A stretch of DNA of 64,000 bases from Camelus dromedarius (GCF_036321535.1 NC_087436.1:13826001-13890000), one strand, 5' to 3'; counted from the first letter of the stretch, positions 28,085 through 41,941 are shown. Notes: generated by a model from the letters alone, not told the origin. Numbers and translations are program-made.

Positions 28085-29265
28085 AAACATCAACCATAAA
28101 GCAACAAGCTGATAAATTGGACTTCCCTAAAACTTAAAACTTTAGCTCTTTTAAAGACAGTTAAGAAAATGAAAAGGCGAACCACAGACTGGGAGAACAT
28201 TTGGTAGGTATTCTGTGAGAACTGTTCCACATGTAGATGTATTTTTGATGTATTTGTGGCAGAGGGTGAGCTCCATGTCCTTTTATTCTTCCATCTTGAA
28301 GCCCCTCCTCAGGGAGAAAACATTTGGAATGCACTTATCTGATAAAGGATTTTGTATCGAGAATACGCAAAAAAACTGCCCAAACGTAATAATAAAAATA
28401 AATGTATCAATTTTTATAAAGGCAAATGATTTGTATAGATACTTCATCAATGATGATATATGGATGACAAACACTTGCGAACATGCTCAACATTCTAAGG
28501 CCCTTGGGAAACGAAAATTAAAATCACAAGATATCACTACGTATTTTATTGGAATGGGTATCATACCAAGTACTGATGAGGATGTGGAGGGACCAGAACT
28601 TTTATACACGGCTGGTGGGAATGTAAAATGGCATAAGCACTTTGAGAAACAGCCTGGCAGTCTCTTGAAAAGTAAAATACACCTACCAAATGATCCAGCC
28701 ATTCTATTCCTAGGTATTTACCCAATTTAAATGAAGACATATGTCCATACAAAGATTTATATACAAATATTCTTAAAAGCTTTACTTCCAGTAACCTCAA
28801 ACTAAAATAAACAAAACCCTGCAATGTCCATCAACAAACAACTCTAGTATATCTATGCAGCGAAATACCACTCAGCAATAAAAACGAATGAGTAGGATAT
28901 ATGGCAGTAATGGATATACTTTAATTATGCTGAGTAAAAGCATCCAGGAAAAAGAGTATATACTGCATGATGCCACTGACATAAAATTTTAAGAAATGCA
29001 GACTAACGTTTAATGACAGAAAGCCAATCAGTGTTGCCTGGGGAAATGGGCAGGGGAAGCAGCATATCTGTGTGCGTGGGGGGTGGGCAGGAGACAGAGA
29101 TTAAAAAGAGGAAGGAAGAAACTTTTAGGGGTGAAAGGTATGCTCCTTATCTTGATTGCAGTGATAGTTGCGTGGAGGTATACGTATGTCAAAACTTGTC
29201 AGTTTATAAACTTTAAATGTGAGTGGGTTTTGTAGCCCAATTATTCCTCAGTGAGGCTACTTTTT
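28085..29265 (+). mobile_element. Old L1 (L1MC/MB-type) ORF2 3' part and 3'UTR
   Basis: gataaattggacttc, gaaaatgaaaaggcgaaccacagactgggag, atgatccagccattctattcctaggtatttaccc; explains ORF 28215-28730. Confidence 0.8.
28205..28311 (-). mobile_element. Tailless L1 5'-end retrocopy nested in older L1, with TSD
   Basis: Reverse strand reads gaggggcttcaagatggaagaataaaaggacatggagctcacc...aaatacatctacatgtggaacagttctcacagaatacc, like an L1 5' terminus. Flanked by GGGAGAA(AA)CATTTGG at 28191-28204 and 28312-28327. Confidence 0.7.
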
Positions 29266-29317
29266 AAAAATAATCAAAGAGATTTATACATGTGAAAAGT
29301 TAAAAGAATGAAAAATT

Positions 29318-29875
29318 TGTGATAAGTATCTTCTAAGATGATCCCAATGATCTTTGCCTCTTGGTATTTATGCCCATGTGTAATCTCTCAAGTGTGGACT
29401 AAATTTAATGATTTGTTTCTAGGGAACAGAATGAGGCAAAGGTGATGTGATGTCATTTCCAAGATTAAGTTACAAAAAAACTTGTGGCTTCTGTCTTGGC
29501 CTCTCCACACGCATTTGCTCTGAGGGAAGGCAGCTGTCATGATATAAGGAACGAGGGAGACAGCTGGCTAAAGCTATCAAGAAATTATGGCCATCACTCC
29601 AATAGCCTGCAAGGAACTGAAGACCTCAGCACAATCGCCCGCAAGGAACTAAATCCAATAACCATTATGATTGAGTTCAGAAGAAAATCCTCTCTCAGAG
29701 GAGCCTTCTGATGAGAATGCAGCTCTGGCCAACAGTTTTGACTACAATCTCATGTGAGACTTGGAGTCTAACTAAACTGTACCTGGATTCCTAACCCAAA
29801 GAAATTGTGAGATATAAATGTTCAATTCTTTAAGCCATGAAGTTTAAGAGACAGTTTTGTTCCACAGCAATACAC
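29318..29875 (+). mobile_element. MLT1-family MaLR solo LTR
   Basis: tctaagatgatcccaatgatctttgcctcttggtatttatgccc...ctggattcctaacccaaagaaattgtgagat...tttaagcc. Confidence 0.75.
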
Positions 29876-29929
29876 TCCTAGTATAAGATCTAAGTCATGT
29901 TTATATAGAAAAAGTCTTCAAAGCAATTT

Positions 29930-30425
29930 TATCCATTCGGAATACATTCAGCTACAAATAAGAGAGTTTTTGACCAAAACTAGATTAAACAGGGGCTTAA
30001 TTTTCTTATGTAATATGAACTCCGGAGGTAAGGGAGTCCAAGGCTAGTGCAGTGTCCAAGTGCCACCAGAGACCCAAGCCTTTTTTTATCCAGGTCCTGC
30101 CATTCTTAGGGAATGTCTTCATTCGAATGCTTGTTACCTTGTGGGTGTCACAATATGATCTCATGTCCATACCATGGAAAAGAAGACAAAAGGGTTTTGC
30201 TTTCATCAGGAAAGTGAATGCTTTCCCATAAACCTCAAAGCCAGTTTTCCACTTACACCTCATTCATTAGAACTGTTTCCCATAGCTGTCCTTGGGTGCA
30301 AGGGAGTCTGGGAAGATTAACATTTTTTTAGCAGGACATGCAGCTACGTCAACACAATGTTTTGTTAGTAATGAAGGAAGTAGCAATGCTTATTAGATAG
30401 GCAACCAGCCACATCTGCCAAAGGA
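29930..30425 (-). mobile_element. Old MLT1 (J/K-like) LTR remnant
   Basis: cattcagctacaaataagaga...tgcaagggagtctgggaag...gataggcaaccagccacatctgcca. Confidence 0.55.
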
Positions 30426-30749
30426 ACACATTTTACTTATGGTAAAACCAAAAATATTACTCAAGTTTACAGAACGGCAAGAATACGGTAAGCTATAGGA
30501 GCGTGAGAAGGTTCCTGAGGAGAGATGTTAAGAACTGGCTAAGCAGAAAGGAAAGACAAGGGAACTTTCAAAGGGGATAAAAGCAAGAACAAAATCTATG
30601 AAGACAGGAAAATGTAGTAAGGTCTAAAACTAAATTACCCTGTAAAAAGTTTTTAATTGCATAATTAAGTTTAAAAAACATTGCTGAGTGATAAACATGC
30701 ATGTTTCCTAGCAGGAAAAAAAAAAGTAGCATCATGTTTAAGAGATGAG

Positions 30750-31400
30750 TCACGAGCCAATGATCTCATTAGACATTTCTCCAAAGAAAATACACAAGTG
30801 GCCAGTAAACACATGAAAAGACGCTCATGATTAGTCACCAGGGAAATGATAATCATACCCATAATGAGATACAACCACTTCATACCCACTAGTATGGCTA
30901 GAATCAAAAAGTTAGCAAGTTTTGGTAAGGATGTGATGAAACTGGAACCCTCATACACTACTGGTAAGAATGCAAAATGGTACAACCACTTTAGAAAACA
31001 CTCTGGAAGTTCTTCAATCAATTAAGTATGTTATCATATGACCCAGAAATTCCTAAGAGAAATGAAAACATATGTCCACCCAAAGACTTGTATGTGAAGT
31101 TTTATAGCATTATTCATAATAGTCAAAAGGTAGAAAAAAAACAAATAGCTAGGAACTGATGTGTAGATAAACAAAATGAAGTATATCTGTAGAATGGAAT
31201 ATTATTTGGCCATAAAAAGGGATGAAGTACTGATATGTATTACAACATGGTCAAACTTTAAAAACCTGCTAAATGAAAGAAGCAAGTCATGAAAGACACA
31301 CATTATGTGATTGCATTCATATGACATGTCCAGTACAAGGAAATCTATAGAGACAGAACATAAACTAGTGGTTGTCTAAGGCTGAGGGCGGGTAGGTGGG
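30750..31400 (+). mobile_element. Old L1 3' fragment (L1MB-like)
   Basis: agacatttctccaaagaaaatacacaagtggccagtaaacacatgaaaagacgctca...gaatggaatattatttggccataaaaagg. Confidence 0.8.
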
Positions 31401-31589
31401 CTGCTATGACCTGATTCAAACCACTGTTACTTCATAGCTGGATTTTTCTGATAACTTCCTGGTCTCCTGCTTCCATTCTTTGTTCACTAATGAATTCCAA
31501 GTGCCTAGAACAGTACCTGGCACACAGAGGAAAGTACGTATTCAATATATCTGTTGTTATTTTGACTTCCAAGTTCTGTGCTCCTTTCC

Positions 31590-32165
31590 AGATTTTTCTC
31601 TTGATTTATTTTCTGGGTATATATCCACCATGGGAGGAGAGGAAGTGTTACTCAGAACCCAACCCCCCTTCATATTTTGGGAAATTGCAGGCACCAAAAG
31701 GAGGCAGCCCCTTTCCACCATAAAACTAGAAACCCTAATTATTTACTTCACCAGCTCCCCTGGCACACGACCAGGTTTGGCCAATCACATGTACCTCCCA
31801 GAATTGTGACTGGGAACTGGGAAAGAGGTTTCTCTGTGGCTTTTTGTTTATTTTGGTGGTAGCAGTATCTGGTTCTTCAGCCAGGGCCAGGAGTGCCAGT
31901 GGAGTTACCTTCTGAGGTCAGCAATGTCAACAGTTAGGTGAGGTGTTCAGGGCTCTGAGGCACAGTATCCTCACCAGACAGGCTTCATCGTGTGTTCGGC
32001 TGTGGTCTGTCTGTGAACCTTCCCTCAGTTCCTGCCCACTTTTAGAACTGGGTGTCCACTCTTCCCAGTGATTCTGCAAGTCCACCTTATATCTCTCAAT
32101 AAATTCCTTTTCTGCTAACATCAGCCAGAGTTAGTGCTGCTTGTAATGAAGAATACTGACTGAAA
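31590..32165 (+). mobile_element. Old ERVL-type LTR remnant
   Basis: Ends with ctcaataaattccttttctgctaacatcagccagagttagtgctgcttgtaatgaagaatactgactga, a typical LTR16/33-like R-U5 end. Confidence 0.5.
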
Positions 32166-32411
32166 GAAGACTTCCTATAAACATGAACCTTCTTAAACCC
32201 AGGAGCATCATTTAAAAAAGTGGTGTTTCAGGAGGATTTCCCTGTGAAGAAACACAATCTCACATAACTTCCAGAGAGAAATTAATTTACTTTACTTCTG
32301 TTGATTCACTTTTCCTGTTCTTGTTATCTTCCAGACAATCAGGATTCTTCCTCCTTTCACCCCCAAACAAGTCCACAGCCCCTTTCCCTAAAGTCTCATT
32401 TCCTGCCTATA

Positions 32412-33237
32412 TAGTAGTCTCCTCTTATCTGTGGTTTCAGTTCCCACGGTTTCAGTTACCTGTGGTCAACCACAGTCTGAAAATATTAGATGGAAAATTC
32501 CAGAAATAAACAATTCATAAGTTTTAAATTGTGTGCCATTCTCAGTAGCGTGATGAAATCCTGCACCATCCCGCTCTGTCCACACGGGACATGAGTCATC
32601 CTTTGGTCCAGCATATTCTGCCCCTTAGTCACTTCTTAGCTATCTTGGTTACTGGGTTAATGTCATGGTATCACAGTGCCTGTGCTCAAATGACCCTTAT
32701 TTTACTTAATAATGGCCCAAAGCCTAAGAGTAGTGAGGCTGGCAATTTGGATATGCCAAAGAGAGGCTGTAAAGTGTTTTCTTTAAGTGAAAATGTGAAA
32801 GTTCTCAACTTACTAAGGAAAAAGAAAAATCATACACTGAGGTTGCTAAAATCTATGGTAAGAACGAATCTGCTATCCATGAAATTGTGAAGAAGGAAAA
32901 AGAAATTCATGCCAGTTTTGCTTTTGCACCTCAAACTGCAAAAGTTATAGCCACAGTGCATGATGAGTGCTTTGTTAAGATGGAAAAGGCATTATATTTG
33001 TACAGTAAGATATTTTGAGAGAGAGAAACCATATTCACACTGTTATTAACTATTCTATTTTATTCCTAGTTACTGTTATTAATCTCTTACTGTGCCTAAT
33101 TTATAAGTTAAACTTTATCATAGGTATATATATACAGTAAAAAACCATAGCATAAATAGGATTCAGTACGTTCCACAGTTTCAGGCATCTACCAGGGGAT
33201 CTTGGAATATATCTCTTGCAAATAAGGGGGGCTCCTG
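32412..33237 (+). mobile_element. MER44/Tigger7-type DNA transposon
   Basis: TIRs tagtagtctcctcttatctgtgg / ttgcaaataaggggggctcctg with TA flanks. ORF 32591-32890 contains a transposase N-terminal remnant (MPKRGCKVFSLSENVKVLNL). Confidence 0.85.
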
Positions 33238-33369
33238 TACTGTAATTACGTGTAAGTTCCACGTGATAATTCACGGCATCAGTCCCGTAAAAGGATGAAA
33301 AACAGCTCACTAAGTGTGATGGGATCTGGGACTATGTTTTTGGAAATAACCAAGATTTCCTTCTATAGT

Positions 33370-33930
33370 TGAAAGAATAAACAAGCTGTGGTACTCACAT
33401 GGAATGGAGTATTATTCGTCAATCAAAAGAAATGAGCCATCAAAAGACATGGAGGAATATAAAACGCATATTGCTAAGTGAAAGAAGCCAACCTTCCTTG
33501 TTTTGAAAAAGCTGTAAACTATAATGATTCCAACCAGATGATATTTTGGATAAAACATAACTTTAGAGACTGTAAAAATACCAGCAGTTGCTAGGGGTTA
33601 GGGGAGAGGGAAGGATGAAGAAATAAGTGAAACACAAGAGATTTTTAGGGCAGTGAAACTATCCTATATGATACTGTAGTGTTGGATGCATGACATTTAT
33701 GCATTTGTCAAAACTCACAGAATGTACAATACAAAGAATGAACCCCTAATGTAAACTATGCACTTTAGTTAATAATAAGATATCAATATTGGCCCATCAG
33801 TTGTAACAAATGTACCAAACTAACACAAGATGTAAATATTAAGGGAAATTTTATGTTTGGTGGGGAGAGAGGGGTGGCATTTTGGAACTCTCTGTATCTT
33901 CTGGTCAATTTTTCTGCAAACCTAAAAAGA
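33370..33930 (+). mobile_element. Old L1 (L1MC-like) 3'UTR
   Basis: gaataaacaagctgtggtac...ttagggcagtgaaactatcc...cctaatgtaaactatgcactttagttaataata. Confidence 0.75.
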
Positions 33931-34153
33931 ACTTAAATACTAGAAAACAACATCATGGCATGTAAGAAGATGAAAGTTAAAATATCCTAAGGTCCTTGTG
34001 CTCTGAGAAAAAGAGATGTTGATTATCTTTAGACTTTGAGTCCAATAATGCATGTTAAAAATTTAACGGAAACCACTAAATGAAAACAGGATTAAGCAAA
34101 ACAAATTTCTTTCTTACAAAGCAAATCTATTATTTTTAACTGTGGTGGCCTAC

Positions 34154-34302
34154 CTGAGATTCCAGAGCCTCCAACTTACGTTTCCTGGCATGAAGGGCTT
34201 TACTTGGAAAAGCCCAATAATAATTAGATGTTCCAATTCTTTCACAGTCAACCATACCATCATCGACTAAGCTCTGAAGAACTTCTTTTACTGACATAGC
34301 AG
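34154..34302 (-). CDS. MND1: MND1 coding exon 4 (149 nt)
   Basis: tttcag|CTGCTATG...TCTCAG|gtagg. Translates (T)[49 protein letters not shown], the conserved Mnd1 winged-helix motif. Confidence 0.97.
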
Positions 34303-34391
34303 CTGAAAGAGGTAATTTTTAACGATTCCATATTAAGACACAAATTAAAAGGCCAATAACTGGGGAAACACTTGCAATAGATATTATAGAT

Positions 34392-34821
34392 AAACGTCAT
34401 TCTAAGTAAAGCCAGAAAGAGAAAGAAAAATACCATATGATATAACTCATATATGCAATCTAAAAAGAAAAGAAAAAAAAAGGCCACTATGAACTCATCT
34501 ACAAACAGAAACAGACTTGCAGACATAGTAAACAATCTTATGGTTACCGGGGAAAGTGGATGGGAAGGGATAAATTTGAGAGTTTGAGACTTATAAATGA
34601 TAGTCACTACACATAAAAATAGATTTTAAAAAAAGTTTCTGCTGTATAGCACAGGGAACTATGTTCAATATCTTGTAATAAACTTTAATGAAAAAATATG
34701 AAAACGATTATATGTATGTATATGCATGACTGGGACATTGTACTGCTGTACATCAAAAATTGACACATTGCAACTGACAGCATTTCAATTAAAAATAATA
34801 TTAATAAATAAAGTCAAAAAA
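34392..34821 (+). mobile_element. Young 5'-truncated L1 3' end with TSD
   Basis: Highly similar to about 6013-6385; direct repeat ATATTATAGAT at 34381-91 and 34822-32. Confidence 0.88.
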
Positions 34822-36792
34822 ATATTATAGATTGAGTTAATAAGTTAATAAACAAGAAGCTTTCAAAAATAATTTTAAAAAGACAAATACTCCAATAGAA
34901 AAACAAAATACATCAATGGGCATCTATAAAATACGCATGATCAATAAGAAACAAGAAAAGTGTTCAAACCCACTAACAATTCAAGAAATGCAAAATAAGG
35001 CATGAGATATGATTTCCTGACTACCAAGTTAAAAACATCAAAAATTATAATAAAGGATTCAGGGAAATGGGTGGGAAAATATAGCACTATGTATCTAAAA
35101 CCTGAGATTTGTGCATATCTCTTATACAGAAATTCCACTTTTATAAATTCAGCTAAAGAAAATAATGATGGATATGCATAAGGATGCTTGTTAAAGCACT
35201 GTTTTCAACAGTAAAAACTTACAAATCAGTCCAATTACTGGACTCGTAAAAGTATTTTACTGCAATGACATACTATGCATTCATTAAATTTACGTTACAA
35301 AAATTTAATGGCCTGGATATATACACATTCAAAATGTATTATACAGAAAAACAAGTTAAAAGATAGTATGCACTAATGTGACAGTTGTTATTTTGAATGT
35401 AAGGTTAAGAGGCAATTTGTATTTCCTTCTTTTTGCTCATTTTTCTTATTTTTTTCCAACAATAAATATGCATTATTTATTATGCTAAGGAAACAAAAAC
35501 AGAACTACTATGAAAAATTCAACAAGAAAGAAGGAAACTGGAGGTTATGGTTAGGGGTAAGATTAAAGATCAGAAAAGTTTAAAAATAGCATGTAAAAAT
35601 ATAAAATCATATTTCACAAATGTTTGAAATTCATGAACTATTCAAACTTTCTATTAGGCAAAACTACACCAACAAATTATCCATATTTTAATGTCCATTT
35701 TAATTTTTCCTAGAGTAAATTTAATAAAAATCTATTAAAAATTTAAAGATTTAATAAATAAAAGCAATAAAATTGACACCAAATACAAAACATTCAACCT
35801 CATTTGTAAAGAAGTACAAACCGAAAGGAATTGTCAAAGAATTCTAAAAATGAAAACAGTTCTGAGAAATGAATTTGAGTAGAATTTGGTATAACCTTTC
35901 CTGAAGGCAATTTAAGAATACATATAAAAAACCCAAAACTACACAAGTCTCTTTTTCTACTCTGTTTCTAGGGACACTTCCTAATGAAGTAACATGAGAT
36001 GTAGAAAAAAGTTCATAGTGGGGGGAGAGGAAGGGATGAATCGGTGGAGCACAGAGGATTTTTAAGGCAGTGAAAATACTCTTTATGATACCACAATGAC
36101 ACTGTAACAACGGATCTGTGTCACTGTACATTTGTCCAGACCCACAGAATATGCAACACTGAGAGTGAATACTAATATAAATTATGGGCTTTGGGTCAGT
36201 ATGAAATGTCCGTGCAGGGTCATCAGTTGTGACAAATGTCCTGCTGGTGAGTGATGTTGATGATGGAGGTGAGGAAGTATATGAGAAATCCTGAAATTAA
36301 AAAAGCTGTAAAAAATAAGTCTTTTAGGAGAAGAATCTATGGATGGCATGTTACTTACATATTAATTCTAGCAGCAAAATTTGGGAACAATCTGCATGGT
36401 CAATAATAGCTAACAGGCTAAGCAAACTATGGCACAGTGGGTGGTCACAGAATAAAACATTAGCAGATGCAGATGTTGTAAATCTTTTTTTTAAAGCAAA
36501 TGACATAAGAAAATGTATATGATATAATGCTATATGAAAAACTAAATGAACACAAAGCTGTATATGCAGCATGGTTCCCTCTCAGAGAAAGGGACAGATA
36601 TATACACACACAGATAAACAGAATCTAAGAATAAGACATCAAAATACACCAAAATATTAACAGGGGTGATCTCAGAGGGATTATGAACAACTTTTATTTT
36701 TATAATATTCTTTATAATTTCCAAATCTGTTGAAACAAACATATATAGCTTATGTAATCAGAAAATAATGTTATATATATACATAAAATACA

Positions 36793-37217
36793 TAGTGGGT
36801 TTAACAGTGACCCCTGAAAAGATAGCCCCCAGAACCTGTGAATGTGACTTTGTCTTGGAAAATGGTCTATAGAGATGTAATTAGGACCTCACAGTGAAAT
36901 CATCCTGGATTTAGGGTGGGTTCCCAAATCCAATGACATGTGTCCTTATAAGACACCAAGGGAAGAAAACCAATGGGAAGGCCATGCAGAGGCAGAGATT
37001 AGAATGCTGTGTCTATAAGCCAGGCACACTGCTGGCAGCCACCAGAAGCTGGGAGAAGAGCATGAAACAGATCCTCCCTCAGAGCCTCCAGAAGGAACCC
37101 ACCTTGCCAACACCTTATTTTTAGACTTCTGAACTATGGGAGAACAAATTTCTATTGTGTTAAGCCACCAAGTTTATGGTAATTTGTTACAGCAGCCGTA
37201 GAAAATTAACACCATAC
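36793..37217 (+). mobile_element. MLT1C/D-like MaLR solo LTR
   Basis: cagaacctgtgaatgtgac...gagcctccagaaggaacc...taagccaccaagtttatggtaatttgttacagcagcc. Confidence 0.8.
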
Positions 37218-37537
37218 AAATCACATTTAACAAATACTAGAACATACATGAATAGTTTTTACTTCTTTTGAAGGAAATTATTCCCATAAATAGATAAATG
37301 TGTACAATTGTGTGTACATATTATGTGTGTATGTGTGCACATGCATGCATGCATATTCCGTTTTAGTTTTCCTAGAGCAGATACTCCAAACACAAGAATC
37401 ATGGTTGTGGCCCAGAGATATTATATAAGGGATTTTAGAAACATTCTTCATCTCTAGAAATTTATAAAGTGAAAGACTGTTGCAAAAAAAGATGACTGGT
37501 ATTTACCAAAATATTCTGGAACTTTTTTGATACTTAC

Positions 37538-37595
37538 TAATGCCTTTTTCTTTGGGAGCAATCTTCTCCATGTCTTTTAATTGAAATACATCTTT
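37538..37595 (-). CDS. MND1: MND1 coding exon 3 (58 nt)
   Basis: ttttaaacag|AAAGAT...ATTA|gtaagt. Translates KDVFQLKDMEKIAPKEKGI; phase 0/1. Confidence 0.96.
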
Positions 37596-40500
37596 CTGTT
37601 TAAAAGAGTTATTAAAAAATAGGTGAAAAATATGTATTTATTTCCTACTATATACTTATATTTACCATATTATGTTTACAAAATACTGTACTAAAAACCT
37701 ATGCCTGGAAATGAACAGTGCTATAGAATTAATAATTTTAGAGCTAAAAGAAATTAATTATCTTGTTTAATACCTTCAACAGAACTTAAAATGGACAGAT
37801 TTTGCATGAACATACAATTCTTTAAAGTGAGTGGAGGGCAGAAAGTAAAGAACATCTTCCCAGCGAAGTATAAAAACTAGTCATCATGAATCATTTGTTA
37901 ACATGAGATAATCAGCTTCTCTGACACTCTGACTTGAAGAAAACACAAGCAATGCTTTGCTTAGCACATAGCATACATCACAGATTTAGCAGCTCTAACT
38001 AAGAGCAAAACAGACAGCTGTCAAGATCTGTTTACATTTACGGTTTCACAGAAGAGCTGCACCTAAATATGACCATCATACAATTCAGGGCTGCCTATCA
38101 ATCGTTCACCTATACCTACTGCATGTCTACCATGTGCAAAACAAAACATTATCGCACGATATACACGTAGAATATTTGATCTTACAGTTGAAGAAAAAAA
38201 TCTATGTAGAATATTCCTTTCTTCTTGTAATAAGCCTTGGCTGAAGTTGTAAAAAGAACTTGGATAACAGAAGTGAAATATTTGAAAAGACTGAAGTATT
38301 CAGTTATTAGAACAGAACTATTGTGATTATTGCTATGGAAATCTGGGATTTATTTCTTCCAAAATAAACTTGAAAAAGCAACTTCAATAAGATGGAAATT
38401 AGACATCATAAAAATTTAAAATGTCTGCCCATTCAAGGGCACTGTTAAGAAACTGAAAAGACTGCCGAGAAGACAATTCACAGAAGATATACACTCCCCT
38501 GCCCTCAAAAAGATAAACTGATGATGGATAAAGGAGTGGACAGATGAATATTATATATTAATAAAGTAAGCAGAGTACAAAATATTAATGGTAGAATCTA
38601 GGTTGGGCATATAGTCCTTCACTGTGAAATTCTTTCATGTTGAATGATAAAATGTTGGAAAAAGTAACTTCATCTAAGTACACTTAAGATTTAGTAAATT
38701 AAGGAAAATACTGAATCATTGGTCTTAGAAAGTGTGAAATCAATTTTTGTCCCTCTGGGAATAAACTCTCAAAAAATAATTCTGTAGGGTGTCAGAGAAC
38801 ATGCAATAAATCACTGGCTTTAGGTCACTAATGCATTAAAAAAAATCAATTAATCAAACCTATTTGCAAATACCTTAGATTCCCTGGAAAAAGAACATGA
38901 ACTCACTGAGATATCTGCCTACATGTGGTCATCAAAGAAGAGCCCCAGACATACTGGCTGCCCCAGCGGGGATGCTGTGTAGATAAATATGCTTGCAAAG
39001 AACCAGCCTCAGGACTAAAGTAGGGTCATTTAAATGAACAGAGAAAATGGTCTCCAGTAAATAATAGTTCTCCCCAACATCAAACAGAAATAACAAAGAA
39101 GAGATGAACACAATGGTTCTAGCCCTCAAAAACAAAACTATAAAAACAAAATACCATGGAAGACACAAAGTAATAATACTAGATAACTTTTAATTAAACA
39201 CTTGTGATCTGGGCATTGTAATGTTTTACACAGATTATCTCATTTAATACTCATACTAACACTGTGAGCTAGGTACAGTTATAGATGAGGAAACGGAGAC
39301 TTAGGTCAAGTAAGTCACAAAGTCACAAAGCTGTTAGGTCAAGCAGACTGGAAGTGCAAGTTCTCTGTCATGGAGCGATACTGCTGCCATGATCATCCTA
39401 AGTGTAACAGCAAAGAAGTCTTTTTCTATTACACTAGCAACTTCAAATAAATCTAGGTAAGTATGTATTCATACAAATAAATATATAGGAATATAAGAAC
39501 TGAAATCAAGCAATTAATACAATTAATTTCTAGCTTTACATAAAAACACACTATTAACTTCTTTAAGCTGCTACTACTCATTAGTGTCACAGTCACTACT
39601 ATCTTAATGTTCCCGAGAGAAGAGTTGCATATTTTTCAATCAGAAACAGCCAACTTTGATATTCGAGAAAATTAACAATTCCATAAAGGACAAAATAATT
39701 TCCCTCACCACTCTCCCCAGCTTTCCACTGCCTGGTGGGAATTAATTCTACTTCTCCTGCTCTAAGAGCATAGAAAAAATATTTCAACTCAGCGGAACAG
39801 TCATAATCCTCACCAACGAACGTTATCAATTTATCTTCCTAACCATATCATCATTACTAATATGATACTCTGTTCTGAATTGCCAGTGACTTTTAGTAAG
39901 TCATTATATATTAGTAAGATTACTAAGATTTCACTTAGATGGCAAAGCATTAAAAAAAAAAAGCCCCTACAATATTTCGCTTGTTTTATTAAGAATATGC
40001 TTTATCAAAACGAAAATGTCAAGTATTATCATTACTTATTAATTTCGTATTCTATTTTGCCATTTTCCCATCTTCTTCACATTTGTAAATAATGAAAACA
40101 ACCAGTAGGCTGGGGCCAGACAAGACTTTGAAGGTCCTGTCAAGACATAAGACATAGGAAGTTAAAATGTTTTTGTGGGTCCAAAGTCTGAATTTTAACC
40201 TGGAAACAAGAAAAGCCACTGAATGGTGGCTTGGTGAAGAAAACAGGGTCTAGAGCCAGGTGACTGGGTTTGAATCCTGGCTCAGTCACTTAGAAATGGA
40301 AACTTCAAGCATATTTCCTGTTAGTGGCAGGCACAAATTAAGGAGGACTACGTGTTACATTATACATAGGCTTATAAATGTTGGTGGTATTTAGCATTCC
40401 CTCTAAAATCAGATGATTCTCCCTGGGTTGTTTTTTTTTCTTCCCCTCCCTGGGTTTTTAATCCAAGTACTATCACTTCCACTTTTGAGATCAGGGCTGG

Positions 40501-40928
40501 TACCTTAGGCTGTTCAGATGTCCAGATCTGCAGAATGAGGATGATAACAATAGTACTGATCTCATAGGGGCAAAAAGGACAAAATCTGATAATCTACACC
40601 AAGTGCTTAGAATAGTGATTGGCACCTCGGAAGCACTCAGCGGATGTGAACTATTAGTATCATTTTCAGGCAAAGGGGGACAATGCCTCAGAAAATACAT
40701 GCCTCAGAAAGATAATTGCAGTGCCAGCGTGTACGAAGAGATTCTACAAACACTGGGGTAGGGTTCTTTCCATAGCTCACAGGTACCACAAAAGCTTGTA
40801 GAATTTTATCTGTTATTCAGGATATTGGTTAGTACTGTTCGCTAATGAAAAAGGTAGAGTTGATACTGGATGACACACACTTAAGAAGATTACACAAAAT
40901 TCTAAAAATCTTAAGGAAAATGACTTAC

Positions 40929-40994
40929 TGTCTCAAAAAATATTTCCATCATGCGGGCTCTCTTTTCCTCTGCACTCAGTCCTTTTTTCTTCGA
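40929..40994 (-). CDS. MND1: MND1 coding exon 2 (66 nt)
   Basis: ctttag|TCGAAG...GAGACA|gtaagt. Translates SKKKGLSAEEKRARMMEIFFET. Confidence 0.96.
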
Positions 40995-41941
40995 CTAAAG
41001 CACAAAAGTTAAAAAGTAAACACTGTGTTGTTGCTGTTTTAATAAACGTTGCATTTTAAAACAACTTGGTTCAAAACATTATCAGAAATTATACATGGTC
41101 TTGTCTGAGACCAAGAGGTTTAGTAACTCAAGACAGATTTTAACACTCTGCCAAGCCTTGTGGCAGGTGCTGCCAGTATGGTAACAAGAATTGTGACTGA
41201 CACAGAGCTGGCATTTTATAGAAATTCAGTATTTATTAAATGATCCAATAAGTCACTGTATTTACCTTCAAAAGACTTACAATCTCTCGAAGAAAATAAA
41301 TGGGCATAACCACTTATAACTGATGAACAGGTACGTGCACAAATTGCTACCTGGGACAGAATGAATTAATTCCACCCTGGAGAGGGAGGAGGGTTAGCTA
41401 GGAAGGCTAGAGATGAACAGCATTTTGTCAAGTTGAGAAACGGTAAGAAAGGTGTCTTGAATAGGCATAACGTTATGGAAGTACATGGAATGCTCCAGAA
41501 AGACAAAACACTCAGGGACAATTATTATATGCGTGGAGTATGTAGATGGAGTGGCAGATGAGATGCGAAAGGTTGTCTGAGCCAGATTATGCAAGGCTGA
41601 CTGTCTAGCCAAAGAGAGCAGACTTTTTTTCCAGGCAATGAGGAGCTACTGAGCAATTTCTGAAGCAGGGAGTGACAAGATCAGTTACATCTTGGTTTGA
41701 CAGCTGTAGCAGTACTGTAGAGGGTAAGCGGGAGGAAGGAAAATCACATCCAAATAGAAAATGAAAGCCTCTTCAGGTTACTATTATTCTGTAACTACCC
41801 TTTGGCCAATCTGAAATTAAGATAGTTAATATGTAACTGAAATGTACATTAATGATAAATTTTATTATATATTGTATATAGAGTATATACCTAAGGTCCA
41901 ATTTAAAAAAAGGCCAAATTTCCTTAATGCAAAAATTCACA

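Noticed and set aside
28215..28730. 171-aa ORF
   Set aside because: Chimera of the antisense L1 5' insert and decayed L1 ORF2; not an independent gene
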